IMG/VR virus record: IMGVR_UViG_3300010965_000001
Coordinates: 146,563 to 210,562 of that record
Reading direction: 5' to 3' (one strand)
DNA: 64,000 nucleotides
Source of the DNA: a virus
Taxonomy: Duplodnaviria > Caudoviricetes
Position 1 is the stretch's first letter. Each line of letters begins with the position of its first letter. The notes under the pieces are model-generated. The model saw nothing but the letters and a program-made list of their open reading frames with translations. It ran no database searches and had not been told where the DNA came from. This document shows, one piece after another, positions 10,927 through 21,067 of this stretch. The position numbers and the translations under genes are program-made.

Positions 10927-12006
10927 TTATCTTCCTACTTTAAAGTAAAATTTATCATCTAAAATAATTGTATTTGCCGTATTCTCTACCTTCAATACAA
11001 ACTTATAATACCGTTCAGGTTGAAGACCACTCATATCAAAATTGAAATAATTAATTGTTCCATCACAACTTAACTTCGTAGAATTTACGTCGAATGGAAT
11101 CAACACTTCTTCTGTATGTGCATCCATTACGGAGTAGTAAGAAGTTTGTGGAAGTGCCTGTCCAATTAAATAACGTGAACTTGTAACGAACGCTCTTGCT
11201 GGGTATCTTCCTCTTGCAAACACATCTACTCTTGCAACTTCAGATGTCTTATATTCCGCTTTCAGTTGATTCATTGAAATCAATGTGTGGTTAATATCCG
11301 CCAATGCCAAACTACCTGTAGCATATGAAGAATCATCCCACTTTACTTGAAGTAATGGTGGGTAGATTGTATGTGTATCTCTTGAAAAGAAATTAAGAGA
11401 ACCGTATTCATTTCCATCTGCTTCGAATGCGGCAGGAAATTTTAAAATAAATCCGTAATTAGGTGTGCTTCCGCTTATCCAAGCATTTACTATCTGCGTT
11501 ACATCCATTAGAATGTCAGATGTTTCATATGAGAATGCCTGCGATGCTGATGGTGATGCTGCCCACGTTCCACCCTGTAATGTCGTATCTACGGGTAGTC
11601 CACCAACCCACGGAGTAACACCATCCGTGAAATTCCAACTCACACCATCTATGATGATTGGATTTGCAAATCTATTTCCCATTCCCATTTGCCAATCTTG
11701 CGATACAGGATGTGCTTCAAGATTATACTTGATTTTCATTCTGTCCGCATGGGTTGTACTAAGTTTTAAATAAAATGCAGGATTGGTAATTCTACCTGAT
11801 GCAACTGAGCTTGAAATGTCCGTGATGTCGAATTTAATTAATGGACGAGCAATCGATGCGGATACTGCGGTAGTCTCAGTCAACGTCCCTACATTAATTT
11901 TAAGAAAACTTTTACGGATTTCTAAAATCTCATCAAGACCTGTATTTAATGTCGGAATGTCATTATATATCGTAGCATCTGATTCTACGAAAGTACTTTT
12001 AATCAT
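10927..12006 (-). CDS. DNRLRE/disaggregatase-like domain structural protein
   Basis: 359 aa; DATIY, LIKFD, DVTQIVNAW, NYGFILK, F.SRD...PP.L motifs. Confidence 0.55.
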   Translation of the reverse strand: MIKSTFVESDATIYNDIPTLNTGLDEILEIRKSFLKINVGTLTETTAVSASIARPLIKFDITDISSSVASGRITNPAFYLKLSTTHADRMKIKYNLEAHPVSQDWQMGMGNRFANPIIIDGVSWNFTDGVTPWVGGLPVDTTLQGGTWAASPSASQAFSYETSDILMDVTQIVNAWISGSTPNYGFILKFPAAFEADGNEYGSLNFFSRDTHTIYPPLLQVKWDDSSYATGSLALADINHTLISMNQLKAEYKTSEVARVDVFARGRYPARAFVTSSRYLIGQALPQTSYYSVMDAHTEEVLIPFDVNSTKLSCDGTINYFNFDMSGLQPERYYKFVLKVENTANTIILDDKFYFKVGR

Positions 12007-12016
12007 TGGTTACTCC

Positions 12017-13978
12017 TTAGTAATTTACTACACGACCAGTTATGTCTTGATTTGGGAACTTTATTTCAAATATACTTGCGTCCGCCGCTGGATAAATAAT
12101 TCCACCATCTGGTGAGAATGCCGCGGTGATACCACCTTCATATGATGCATTTGAATAATTACCACCGACTTTATTTGTAACTTTGACCGATGGAACCGAC
12201 TGTACACCGTTGACTAATGAAATCAAATTATAAATTTCCGACATGATAATCGGTTTGTTGATTTGCATATTGTCATTGTTAAAGTAATCTTTTAATGCTA
12301 AAATACAACGAAGTAATACTTCATTTTGATTGTAATTCTTCAACACAACGATGGAGAAGTCTACTCCAATGTTGATTATGTATGCGTCCATCAAATTCAA
12401 TGAATCACCGAGCATCCGATAGAATCCCAAGTATTGTGTTAAATTATATTTGGTTGCCGCGTTTACTTTCACAAAGTTCTTTGCACTGTCATATGCCAAA
12501 CAATACAAGTTAATTGCCATTGGATTGTCTGTAGACGGTGGAGTTGGAAGTACCGCCGTTGTAGGTGTGCTGTTTCCAATCTCAGTATCAATTGCTCTTC
12601 CACCGCCAGCGGGTGGTTGAGTTGGAGTATACGTATTGACAATTGGTGTGGATGAATGAATTTGGTCATCTCTAATCGCAAATACTTTTGCAATACTTCC
12701 AAGTTTTTGTGGAAGTGCCAATGTACGAATCATGTAATCTTGAGCAGTTACACATCGATTCTGTGCGTTGAAATACGCCATTGCGTTCTGTCGAATCTCT
12801 TCATCCGATTCTGCCTCTCTACCGCCCTGTGCAGGTTCTTCATTCGTTGCGGTGATACTATTTTGAACAAATGTAAGAATTCCACTATTTAATCCAGTTG
12901 AATTCATCTCACCAAGTTGGATGGATTGTAACTCCGTTATACTTCCTGCACTCACGTTTGACTGAAATCCTCCACCAGCATAATAACGAACCGTCAATGT
13001 AACATCAGAGGGAACTTCACCATTTGCCTTCATATAAAGAAAGTTAGTAGGGTCCAATGCTCTGTTGTTTACGGCGGTTGTTTCGAATCCACTGTTAATT
13101 GTTTCTTGATTTGCAAACAATATTGAGTCTGCATCAATAGCAACACCCGAACCAAACATCAATTCGGTTGTATTATCCACGTTAACTTTCTTAACAAACT
13201 TTTTATTGGTTAAGATGTAATTTAACAAATATGGTGTTTCACGTTCGAATGCAGAAAATACATTATACATACTTGCGTTATTTTCATTGAGTTGTAATAT
13301 AGTCTGTTGTGCAAGGTATGGAACTTCATACCACACATAACCACGACTATCTACCACGTCCATAATTTCAATAACATCCGTTCTATTAATTTTTATAGAT
13401 GGATTTGGTTGTGTGTTCTGTGGAAAGTAAAATGTTTCCGTAATCAACGACCCCGCAGACGCCATTACTTTTTGTTTTAATAACCAATATGGGTCTTGAT
13501 ATAAATCTGCGGATGCACCTAACGAAGAAGTCATTGCAAAATTAACATCTGTAAGAGTTCTAAACGTTACTCCACCAGAAGTTCCTATCAACGAATTTGC
13601 CTTAATGGTCATAGCGTAATCTAAGTCTGGATATGCACCACTTCCTGTGCCTGGTACCAACTGATACAAACTTAACTGCGTTGCCGCGGGTGTAATATTC
13701 TTATGAGTATAACCCAACATGTTTGCAATCTGAATAATATTTTCACGTTCCGTCGCCGTCTGAATGTATGTCTCTTGAATCTGCTTATCAATATAGAATG
13801 AAAGTAAGTCACCAACATACGCCGTCATTTCAATAAACATCGTTCCAGGTGAAGCAGGTGAAAAATCATTTCCTGTCGTTGGGAAATATGTCTTGGCATA
13901 ATTAAACAAATCTTCTCTAATCTTTGAGAAATCTTTGTTGTAATAATTTATTCGGGTGTTGTTGTTTGGAGTTGCCAT
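12017..13978 (-). CDS. Baseplate wedge subunit (T4 gp6 / baseplate J-like)
   Basis: 653 aa; NDFS.ASPG.MFIEM.AYVGD.LSFY.D.Q and QNRCVT.QDY motifs. Confidence 0.85.
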   Translation of the reverse strand: MATPNNNTRINYYNKDFSKIREDLFNYAKTYFPTTGNDFSPASPGTMFIEMTAYVGDLLSFYIDKQIQETYIQTATERENIIQIANMLGYTHKNITPAATQLSLYQLVPGTGSGAYPDLDYAMTIKANSLIGTSGGVTFRTLTDVNFAMTSSLGASADLYQDPYWLLKQKVMASAGSLITETFYFPQNTQPNPSIKINRTDVIEIMDVVDSRGYVWYEVPYLAQQTILQLNENNASMYNVFSAFERETPYLLNYILTNKKFVKKVNVDNTTELMFGSGVAIDADSILFANQETINSGFETTAVNNRALDPTNFLYMKANGEVPSDVTLTVRYYAGGGFQSNVSAGSITELQSIQLGEMNSTGLNSGILTFVQNSITATNEEPAQGGREAESDEEIRQNAMAYFNAQNRCVTAQDYMIRTLALPQKLGSIAKVFAIRDDQIHSSTPIVNTYTPTQPPAGGGRAIDTEIGNSTPTTAVLPTPPSTDNPMAINLYCLAYDSAKNFVKVNAATKYNLTQYLGFYRMLGDSLNLMDAYIINIGVDFSIVVLKNYNQNEVLLRCILALKDYFNNDNMQINKPIIMSEIYNLISLVNGVQSVPSVKVTNKVGGNYSNASYEGGITAAFSPDGGIIYPAADASIFEIKFPNQDITGRVVNY

Positions 13979-13980
13979 TG

Positions 13981-14406
13981 TTATCCTAAATTAGTATTAA
14001 GTGTGAGACTCACAGTTTGTTGTGGTGCGGCACCGAACAACGTGTTGCTTGAGTTTTTCAATCTAAAAGTTACATCAATGTCAATTCGATAGTTGTTGTT
14101 ATCGGGAAATGTTACATCGATTAAAAGTACGTCAACATATGGAAAATACAAATCCATCAAATTTTGAATATTGGAAATGATTGTTGCAGTAACATCTTGC
14201 TCCGAAGTTATCTGCTCAAATAACAATCGATGTAGTTGTGAACCAAAACCAACGTTCATCCTACGTTCACCAACCATTGTAAGAAGTAAATTCTTTATGT
14301 TAGAATATGCTTGGTCAATCGTTGAAAAGTTTTGATTAAAATATCCCAAGTTACCTCTTGTCAAGGGAAGTTTCAAACCAACTGCTATTTTATTATTAGT
14401 TGCCAT
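13981..14406 (-). CDS. Baseplate wedge subunit, gp25/GPW-like
   Basis: 141 aa; NIKNLLLT..GER.M...FGS.L..LLFE. Confidence 0.85.
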   Translation of the reverse strand: MATNNKIAVGLKLPLTRGNLGYFNQNFSTIDQAYSNIKNLLLTMVGERRMNVGFGSQLHRLLFEQITSEQDVTATIISNIQNLMDLYFPYVDVLLIDVTFPDNNNYRIDIDVTFRLKNSSNTLFGAAPQQTVSLTLNTNLG

Positions 14407-14891
14407 TATATTTTCTTCTTGTCTTTAAGTGTTTTCATTACAGCGGAATAGTCACGAGTAATTGCTTGTTCCACTACGGGGTCAAGTTGTGTGACGGGTC
14501 TACCCTCAATGTCTACTTGTGGAATTCTTGTTTCGGGAACCGCAGAACGTCCCATCCTCATTGACGATGCATCACCGTATCCAAACATCGCTGGATTGAT
14601 TCCTCTTCCTTGAAAATTCTGAGCATCCTTTGAAGTGAACTGCATCACACCAGCCTCTTCCATCATCTCTTCCTTTGTCTCATTGAGAATATCCATGAGG
14701 GATGGCTTTGCTGGAAGTGGTTTCCGTGGTTGTCGAACTTGTTCTTGTAATTTTGCAACATGTACCATGTCTTGCTTAAATGACGTTTGTTGTGTAGGTT
14801 GTACTGATTCCTTTAGTAAATTTCTAACTGCGAAAGTTACTTCCTCACGAATCATCTTACGTAGTTCTTTTAAAAATGTTTTATCGTCCAT
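14406..14891 (-). CDS. Hypothetical protein
   Basis: 161 aa; AAGGAG RBS; TATTTATA upstream. Confidence 0.7.
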   Translation of the reverse strand: MDDKTFLKELRKMIREEVTFAVRNLLKESVQPTQQTSFKQDMVHVAKLQEQVRQPRKPLPAKPSLMDILNETKEEMMEEAGVMQFTSKDAQNFQGRGINPAMFGYGDASSMRMGRSAVPETRIPQVDIEGRPVTQLDPVVEQAITRDYSAVMKTLKDKKKI

Positions 14892-14926
14892 AATACTCCT
14901 TCGTTTCTATATAAATATAAGGATAC

Positions 14927-16168
14927 TTATAAAGTAAACGTTGTTTTACTTGAAAATACCGTTGAATTGTCTTTCTTTGATAATAGTGATTTTAACTGTC
15001 TTAACTGCGTGTCTGTGCCTGGTATGAGTGTACCATAATTGTCGTATTTCAGTGACAATATTGCATCAATCATTGATTTTAGAAAATTCATCATATCGTA
15101 TCCCTTTACCACAGGTTGACCAGATGCTTTTGCACGTTCACCCAAATTGATAACACTTCCATGAACTTCTAACGTATTTTGGGTTTTAAAATATATGTTT
15201 TTGTTGGATAACCCTATCAAATTATTGTAACTTGACAATACAATGTCAGATGCCTTTGAATTGAAAATCAATCTATCCGAATTTAATATAATTAAATTAT
15301 CATTATATTCCGATGGTAACTTTACATCAGATGGAATGTTATTTTTTATCGCAGACAGCAAGAATGGTAAAGTTATACCATTTGGACCACCTTGTGATAT
15401 TAATATAGTAGATGGGTCATGTTGAATATCTTCTATTGTATAAAACTGTGAAATGTTTGATTTGCCTGCACCAATGACAATGTATGGATTACCACCTACC
15501 GTATCTGACTTGGAGTATATCCACTTAGAGTTTGGGATTAGTTGTGAATAGTTTGGGTTGCCGAAAGTAATCTTCTTTGGAATTGCACTACCAAACCGAA
15601 TCGACTGTCCAGATCGTCCCTCATAAATCAAATCTCCTTCAAACATCACAGAACGTTTGTCGGACTCTTGTTTATATTCAAAATATTTACCAACGTAAAA
15701 TACTTTTGAATTTATACTCGATGGTATTCCTTTTATTTTTTCAATGTCTATCCCATGTTTCCGTAAATCTTCCACCGATGCCACAATTAAGTCGGCAAAT
15801 CCTTGGTCATTCATATGAACCGAATAATTCCAACTAAGTGGTTCATAAAAACTACTAAAAAGTGGTGTGGGGTTTCCAGCAACCGTAACAGGATTTTTCA
15901 ATAATCGGTGATTTCGGAATGTAACAATTTCACCTGGTAAAGGATTACTACGAAGGTTCATGTTCGAAGGCATCGCCTCAACTATAACCTTACTAAATAA
16001 TCCATACGCACGAATTTTGTCAACACTTCCACTAAATTCAGTATCAAGCACGATGGCTGGTTCTATCTCGTAGAAGTAATTCATTTTCTCTACAATGGAT
16101 GAACCAACTTCATATCCAGATGGATTGACGATGTTTGAATTTTGAGATGTAGTTTCGGTGTATGCCAT
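14927..16168 (-). CDS. Putative baseplate hub / gp5-like protein
   Basis: 413 aa; GDLIYEGRSGQSIRFGS, IILNSDRLIFNS and INLG...QPVVKG motifs; position before gp25. Confidence 0.45.
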   Translation of the reverse strand: MAYTETTSQNSNIVNPSGYEVGSSIVEKMNYFYEIEPAIVLDTEFSGSVDKIRAYGLFSKVIVEAMPSNMNLRSNPLPGEIVTFRNHRLLKNPVTVAGNPTPLFSSFYEPLSWNYSVHMNDQGFADLIVASVEDLRKHGIDIEKIKGIPSSINSKVFYVGKYFEYKQESDKRSVMFEGDLIYEGRSGQSIRFGSAIPKKITFGNPNYSQLIPNSKWIYSKSDTVGGNPYIVIGAGKSNISQFYTIEDIQHDPSTILISQGGPNGITLPFLLSAIKNNIPSDVKLPSEYNDNLIILNSDRLIFNSKASDIVLSSYNNLIGLSNKNIYFKTQNTLEVHGSVINLGERAKASGQPVVKGYDMMNFLKSMIDAILSLKYDNYGTLIPGTDTQLRQLKSLLSKKDNSTVFSSKTTFTL

Positions 16169-16542
16169 TATGCGCTAGTCCCAATTTGTCCACTATCTTG
16201 CATTACCTTATCGTAGTAATTTTCCGCTTCCTTAATCAACTGTCTCTTCTCTTCTTCAGTGATGAGTGTTTCGTCTCCACCCTTTGACGTTGCCGCGGCC
16301 GCAAGGCGCTGGACGATTACGGCAAGTTTAATGAGATGTTCATCATTCTTGACGGAAACGTCCATGTATTCTTTGATAATGGGGACAAGCATTGCGGCAT
16401 CACCAATATTCTTGATGAAAGGGCGTAGGTCTTCGATTAGACTGTGAATACGTTCACGTTTGTCTACCGAATTAGTGTATATCTCTTTGAAGAGGTCAGC
16501 AAGAGTCTTGCCCGAAAAAACTTCAATTTCATTAATATCCAT
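16168..16542 (-). CDS. Conserved hypothetical protein
   Basis: 124 aa; GGAG RBS. Confidence 0.7.
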   Translation of the reverse strand: MDINEIEVFSGKTLADLFKEIYTNSVDKRERIHSLIEDLRPFIKNIGDAAMLVPIIKEYMDVSVKNDEHLIKLAVIVQRLAAAATSKGGDETLITEEEKRQLIKEAENYYDKVMQDSGQIGTSA

Positions 16543-16595
16543 ATAGTTCTCCTTATATGAATAAATATTAAAATTAAAGTTTTTTCAGGCGCTTT

Positions 16596-17306
16596 TTACT
16601 CATATATGAAGAAGTTTTCCGATTGAATATCACCTGTATTTTGGAACTCATAATGTGCTTTAACATATGATGACTTAAGAGTGTTGATAACTTTGGTTAT
16701 CTGTTGGGTTTTGGCTCCCGTCATCTCCCTTAGTTGTAGATACAATGCCTTCTTATTGAAGTTTTCAATTGAATCTATACTCCTAAACAACTGTAACACA
16801 CAGTCGGCAATTGTGATGTCCCTTTTATGTTTAAATATGAATGGAAGTCTTCCTTCCAAATAGGGAACCATCCTTTGGATAAGTTCCTTGTTGTATAAAC
16901 CTGTATCTGTTTCGGTTTCCTCCGTTGCGAAATCTCGTTCAGCATCAATGACATCAAGTGTATTGTGAATCTTAAGTTTCTTGTAGTTATTGTTATTATG
17001 AAGTATCAAATAGTTCTTTGCTACGATACTAAAATAAGAGAAAGCCTTACCCTTGTCTTGGTTATACTTTTCAATATTGATTAACATAAATGCGACAACT
17101 TCATGCTTCAAGTCGGTGAAGGACATATCGAAGTATTGAAACTTAAACGTGTTTATAATATTTTCTGCCAATTTGTCGAACGCGTATTCAATACCTTCTT
17201 TATATATCTGATTCTTTTTTATTTTATCTTTTTCTTTTACGTACTCTACAATAGCATTTTCTGTATCCTGCGTAAAATAATTTTTACTCTTCTTTTTTAT
17301 CAACAT
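16596..17306 (-). CDS. Phage RNA polymerase sigma-like factor
   Basis: 236 aa; region-2-like DLKHEVVAFM...KYNQDKGKAFSYFSIVAKNYL. Confidence 0.7.
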   Translation of the reverse strand: MLIKKKSKNYFTQDTENAIVEYVKEKDKIKKNQIYKEGIEYAFDKLAENIINTFKFQYFDMSFTDLKHEVVAFMLINIEKYNQDKGKAFSYFSIVAKNYLILHNNNNYKKLKIHNTLDVIDAERDFATEETETDTGLYNKELIQRMVPYLEGRLPFIFKHKRDITIADCVLQLFRSIDSIENFNKKALYLQLREMTGAKTQQITKVINTLKSSYVKAHYEFQNTGDIQSENFFIYE

Positions 17307-17577
17307 AATTCACATTAAAAACTTGCAATTGAGAAATGACCAATTTAATTGTTTTGAATGCGAAACCGACTTCATCGTCAGCCGCAAACACGCCTCGGTT
17401 ATCAATTTCGGTCAACTGTGAATCTATTGTAGAAAGACTGTTCGAAAATTCGCCGATAAAATTTTGTAATAGGAGAACTCTTTCTTCCAACTTTTCATTT
17501 TTTTTCAGCATGTTAATGCAACCAAATACGGCGGCACCTAATAATATTAAAAGTAACACGATAATAAACCATTCCAT
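17284..17577 (-). CDS. Small membrane-anchored coiled-coil protein
   Basis: 97 aa; N-terminal hydrophobic helix. Confidence 0.6.
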   Translation of the reverse strand: MEWFIIVLLLILLGAAVFGCINMLKKNEKLEERVLLLQNFIGEFSNSLSTIDSQLTEIDNRGVFAADDEVGFAFKTIKLVISQLQVFNVNYVDKKEE

Positions 17578-17586
17578 AACGACTCC

Positions 17587-18375
17587 TTATTTTCTGAACA
17601 AGTCTTCAAATATTTGCTGACCGTTCGTTGTTCCAGTCTTGTTTACGATTTGTGAAATCTTTTCAAGATTTTGTTTCTTGTGCATGACAACAGGTTCATC
17701 TTTACCTTTTTGAACCATTCCAATAAGTGATTTGGATGTAGCCCATCGTTCATATTCCAAACGAGTTGCCGTCATGTCAGCGTGATGTAAAATGTGAACG
17801 ATGTTAGTCTTGACGATTTGCTCAGGATAACTTGTCTTGAGATATTTGCCATTCTCTTCATCGTACATTCCATCGGTACACTTGATACCAATAAATTCTG
17901 TCTCAGTATACTTGATACCAAAATATTGAAGTATGAAGAATGTTCTATCGGCAGTAGACATGTTAATGATTTTGGGATTGTACGAATACATCTTCCCTTG
18001 ATGCTCTCTGTGCCACTGCGAATCATTTGGAATGTAAAACTCTTCATCGACACTTCCAAGTTTACCTAAATCGTGATGCATAGCACAAAAAATCAGTGTC
18101 TCTTTAGTGAAATTAAAGACGGCACCGTTTCGTTCCCACACATCAAACAACTGTAAACTTAAATCGATAACACGTAAAACATGGTCAATGTATCCACCAG
18201 GAAATGCATTATGATAATGTTCGATACTTGAAGCAGGTGCCATTACGGCTCTTTCCTCAAAGTGTTCGTACATTTTGTTTAACAAATCACGTTTTTCACC
18301 AGTGAATGTTGTATTGATTATTTCTTTTAACTTTTCCCAATTTTCTACAAGTTTCGTGTCTGATAACATAACCAT
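17587..18375 (-). CDS. HD-domain metal-dependent hydrolase
   Basis: 262 aa; APAS...YH...GG..DH, HHDLGK, HHAD. Confidence 0.8.
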   Translation of the reverse strand: MVMLSDTKLVENWEKLKEIINTTFTGEKRDLLNKMYEHFEERAVMAPASSIEHYHNAFPGGYIDHVLRVIDLSLQLFDVWERNGAVFNFTKETLIFCAMHHDLGKLGSVDEEFYIPNDSQWHREHQGKMYSYNPKIINMSTADRTFFILQYFGIKYTETEFIGIKCTDGMYDEENGKYLKTSYPEQIVKTNIVHILHHADMTATRLEYERWATSKSLIGMVQKGKDEPVVMHKKQNLEKISQIVNKTGTTNGQQIFEDLFRK

Positions 18376-18383
18376 TTCTCCTT

Positions 18384-18950
18384 TTACTGATTGATATATC
18401 TCTTGTAAACTACTCTTGCATATTTATTAAACTGTCTTTTGTGTTTGTTGAAACTACCCTCACCTGTATTGTATGCTGTAAGGGTTGCCATCCAAATAGA
18501 ATCTTGTGATGTATACTCCTGTGAATACTTGTCATACAATAATTTTATAAATTTGGTCGCAGTCGCAACGTTGAATTGAATGTCGTACTTTAACTTTTTT
18601 CCCGTAACGGCGATTGAAGAATCTTTCCACAACGACTTTGCGGTATTCAATTTTATCTGTCCAACACCGTATGAAGTTCCACCGTCACCAACAACATTCG
18701 CACTGTATGAGGTATCACCCAACTGCCATCGGCTCTCTTCATAAAAAACCGATTCCATAATTCCGCGTGGGACTTGATACATCACCGAATATATTCCAGT
18801 CCAATAATTAACGCTATCGGCGTGTGTAACCAAAACAACGGCTGGTGCGGGCATGGGCACGGCAGCAGGATTGTTTAACTTTTTTACACCATAAACTGCA
18901 ACACTTCCCAAAAATAATATAACAATTGCTCTGATTAAAAGGCTTCTCAT
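18384..18950 (-). CDS. Lytic transglycosylase (SLT) with N-terminal membrane anchor
   Basis: 188 aa; catalytic EES, SYGVGQI, AYNTG. Confidence 0.8.
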   Translation of the reverse strand: MRSLLIRAIVILFLGSVAVYGVKKLNNPAAVPMPAPAVVLVTHADSVNYWTGIYSVMYQVPRGIMESVFYEESRWQLGDTSYSANVVGDGGTSYGVGQIKLNTAKSLWKDSSIAVTGKKLKYDIQFNVATATKFIKLLYDKYSQEYTSQDSIWMATLTAYNTGEGSFNKHKRQFNKYARVVYKRYINQ

Positions 18951-18964
18951 ACAACTTCCCCCAT

Positions 18965-19171
18965 TTATTGAATAAAGATTTCCGTTGATAAATCCAACGG
19001 AATATATGTTTCATCGTCCTCATCTGTGGACTCAATAGATGATAATTCGATGTCACTGATTATTTCATTTAGAAGTTGTAGACTTTCTTCCAAATATTCG
19101 TGATTGTACTCGGAGAGCACCACTTGAATTAAGTTTTCTACTTTATATAATATGTCTAAGTTATTTTCCAT
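18965..19171 (-). CDS. Hypothetical acidic protein
   Basis: 68 aa ORF in operon. Confidence 0.55.
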   Translation of the reverse strand: MENNLDILYKVENLIQVVLSEYNHEYLEESLQLLNEIISDIELSSIESTDEDDETYIPLDLSTEIFIQ

Positions 19172-19190
19172 AATATATAAGTATTATAAA

Positions 19191-19565
19191 TTATTTAATT
19201 TCATTTAGTTTCTCCTGAAACTCGCGAACTTTGTCATTCACTCGCTTTATTATGTTTTTGTTATATTCCAATTTTTTCCCATCAGATGTTTGTTGATTCT
19301 TGTTGAATACTTCGTAAAACACCGCATCAATTTCTTGTCTAAACTGCTCACGGTCAACACCAATCCCCGAGAGATACTGTTCATAGACAAACATCGATGC
19401 CATTACATAATTTAATGTGTTGGTTGTAATGTTCATCAACTTGGTATATTCAGTATCTCTCAGTTCCAATGTGTGAAGACGGTTATTCAATTCGTCAATT
19501 ACTTTTGCTATGCCTACAATGTCTTCATCCACTTCATCTGCTCTTGTTACCTTTTTCTTTGCCAT
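19191..19565 (-). CDS. Hypothetical protein
   Basis: 124 aa ORF. Confidence 0.65.
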   Translation of the reverse strand: MAKKKVTRADEVDEDIVGIAKVIDELNNRLHTLELRDTEYTKLMNITTNTLNYVMASMFVYEQYLSGIGVDREQFRQEIDAVFYEVFNKNQQTSDGKKLEYNKNIIKRVNDKVREFQEKLNEIK

Positions 19566-19871
19566 TTACTTCTCCGATTGAGATTCATCTCTCTTGTTAA
19601 TATCGTCAACCGAGATGTTCATTCTTGTCAACAAATCACGCAACGGCTTTTGAACATCGTCTTGTATATAAATAGTCTTATCTTTTTCTACAACGTCCAA
19701 ATTTACCAAATACTGAACAACAAAATCATAATGGTCTAATGTCTGTAGAAACTCTTCCGCTGAATAATTCTTCTGTTGTAACTCAACTGACCTCTTCAGA
19801 GTCTTGAAGACTTCGACTAAGATAATTACTGCCCAACCATCTATTGTATAATGTTTATTATTGTCTATCAT
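19566..19871 (-). CDS. Hypothetical protein
   Basis: 101 aa ORF. Confidence 0.65.
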   Translation of the reverse strand: MIDNNKHYTIDGWAVIILVEVFKTLKRSVELQQKNYSAEEFLQTLDHYDFVVQYLVNLDVVEKDKTIYIQDDVQKPLRDLLTRMNISVDDINKRDESQSEK

Positions 19872-19880
19872 GTGGTTTCC

Positions 19881-20339
19881 TTATTCGAAAAATTGTTCAA
19901 CGTGCTCAGCGCGCGCGTCTTCTTGTGCTTTCTTTTCTTTCTTCTTCTTCACTTTGTCCTTCTTATCCATCTTCTTCTCATACTTCGCAGCAAGTTTCTT
20001 TTCCTTTGCAATACGAGCCTGCTCCTTGTGATACTTTGAGATTTTAGGTTTGGCAGTAATAACGGTGGCATCCAACGTTCCCTTCAAGGATTCGTCTTCC
20101 ACACCACTTATATAAACTCGTCCATCCGTATGGACAAATTGTTTGTACAATTTCCATCCACGCGGGAATCCAGAAGATTCTTTCACTGCCTTAACAGTTA
20201 CCTTCCCACCATAATGTGAGCAACATGTTGAACAAATCACACCAACCGATTCACTGTCAACATTTTTTACTGTCTTGCCGCATTGCGAACAATTCAATTT
20301 CTTGATGCTGTGTATAGTAAGTGTAAATTTCTTTTTCAT
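19881..20339 (-). CDS. Zn-binding hypothetical protein with basic C-terminus
   Basis: Start moved to MKKKF (AGGAG RBS); CxxC...CxxC; FPRGW....FVH.DG.VY. Confidence 0.65.
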   Translation of the reverse strand: MKKKFTLTIHSIKKLNCSQCGKTVKNVDSESVGVICSTCCSHYGGKVTVKAVKESSGFPRGWKLYKQFVHTDGRVYISGVEDESLKGTLDATVITAKPKISKYHKEQARIAKEKKLAAKYEKKMDKKDKVKKKKEKKAQEDARAEHVEQFFE

Positions 20340-20340
20340 G

Positions 20341-20826
20341 TTAGGCTCCTGTGCTTCCAAAACCATCCGCACCACGGGTTGTTTCAGATAATGAAGTAAC
20401 GATTTCCACGTTGATTGGTTCAAGTGTTGCGGCGACAATTTGTAACAGTCGCGTTCCACCTTTTATAAAATATTCTTCGTCTGAATTATTAAACAACTTC
20501 CCCATAATTTCTCCACGATACATCGAATCAATGATGCCAGGACTGTTTGCCATAAGCAACGGAGTCTTTGTCATGGAACTTCGTGGGACTAAAAAGTACG
20601 AATTGAAGTTGGAGTGATATACGCGGGTAAAACTGTCCTGCACGACTTCTTTCATTTCACATGCGATGTCGTGATGAATAGTTGTAACTTGTCGTGGTGA
20701 ACAGATTGTATCATTCTGCACGATTAAGTCAAATCCTGCGTCACCGTGATGAACACCACCCAAAGTTGTATATGGATAATTCACCAATGATGAATCGAGA
20801 AGATATTTCACGTAGAGTGTTTTCAT
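20341..20826 (-). CDS. dut: dUTPase (trimeric)
   Basis: GDAGFDL, PRSS, GIIDSMYRGEI, RLLQ, RGADGFGSTG; start moved to MKTLY. Confidence 0.92.
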   Translation of the reverse strand: MKTLYVKYLLDSSLVNYPYTTLGGVHHGDAGFDLIVQNDTICSPRQVTTIHHDIACEMKEVVQDSFTRVYHSNFNSYFLVPRSSMTKTPLLMANSPGIIDSMYRGEIMGKLFNNSDEEYFIKGGTRLLQIVAATLEPINVEIVTSLSETTRGADGFGSTGA

Positions 20827-21008
20827 TAACGAGGGCTCCTGTGTTTGAATTGCTGATAGAAGAATCGTTTGCAATCGACAGTAAGATACAATGTCTCTTT
20901 GCCGTTCGTCATTTCAGCAGGTGTAAGATTATAGGTAGGTGTATTAGACAAGTCGGCGAATTTCGCTTCAATCCATCGTCTAAGTGTTTTTGCTTTTTTC
21001 AAGTTCAT
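20826..21008 (-). CDS. Hypothetical protein
   Basis: 60 aa; AAAGGA RBS; sigma70-like promoter upstream. Confidence 0.65.
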   Translation of the reverse strand: MNLKKAKTLRRWIEAKFADLSNTPTYNLTPAEMTNGKETLYLTVDCKRFFYQQFKHRSPR

Positions 21009-21035
21009 AGGTATTCCTTTCTATTATGTGTATAT

Positions 21036-21064
21036 AATATAAGGAAAAAATCTATTAAAGTCAA
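21036..21064 (-). promoter_or_regulatory. Sigma70-type early promoter
   Basis: TTGACT-N17-TATATT. Confidence 0.75.
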
Positions 21065-21067
21065 GTA

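Noticed and set aside
1248-16957. Short antisense or alternative-frame ORFs within structural genes
   Set aside because: Shadow frames fully overlapping long, motif-bearing genes, with no RBS or promoter support.
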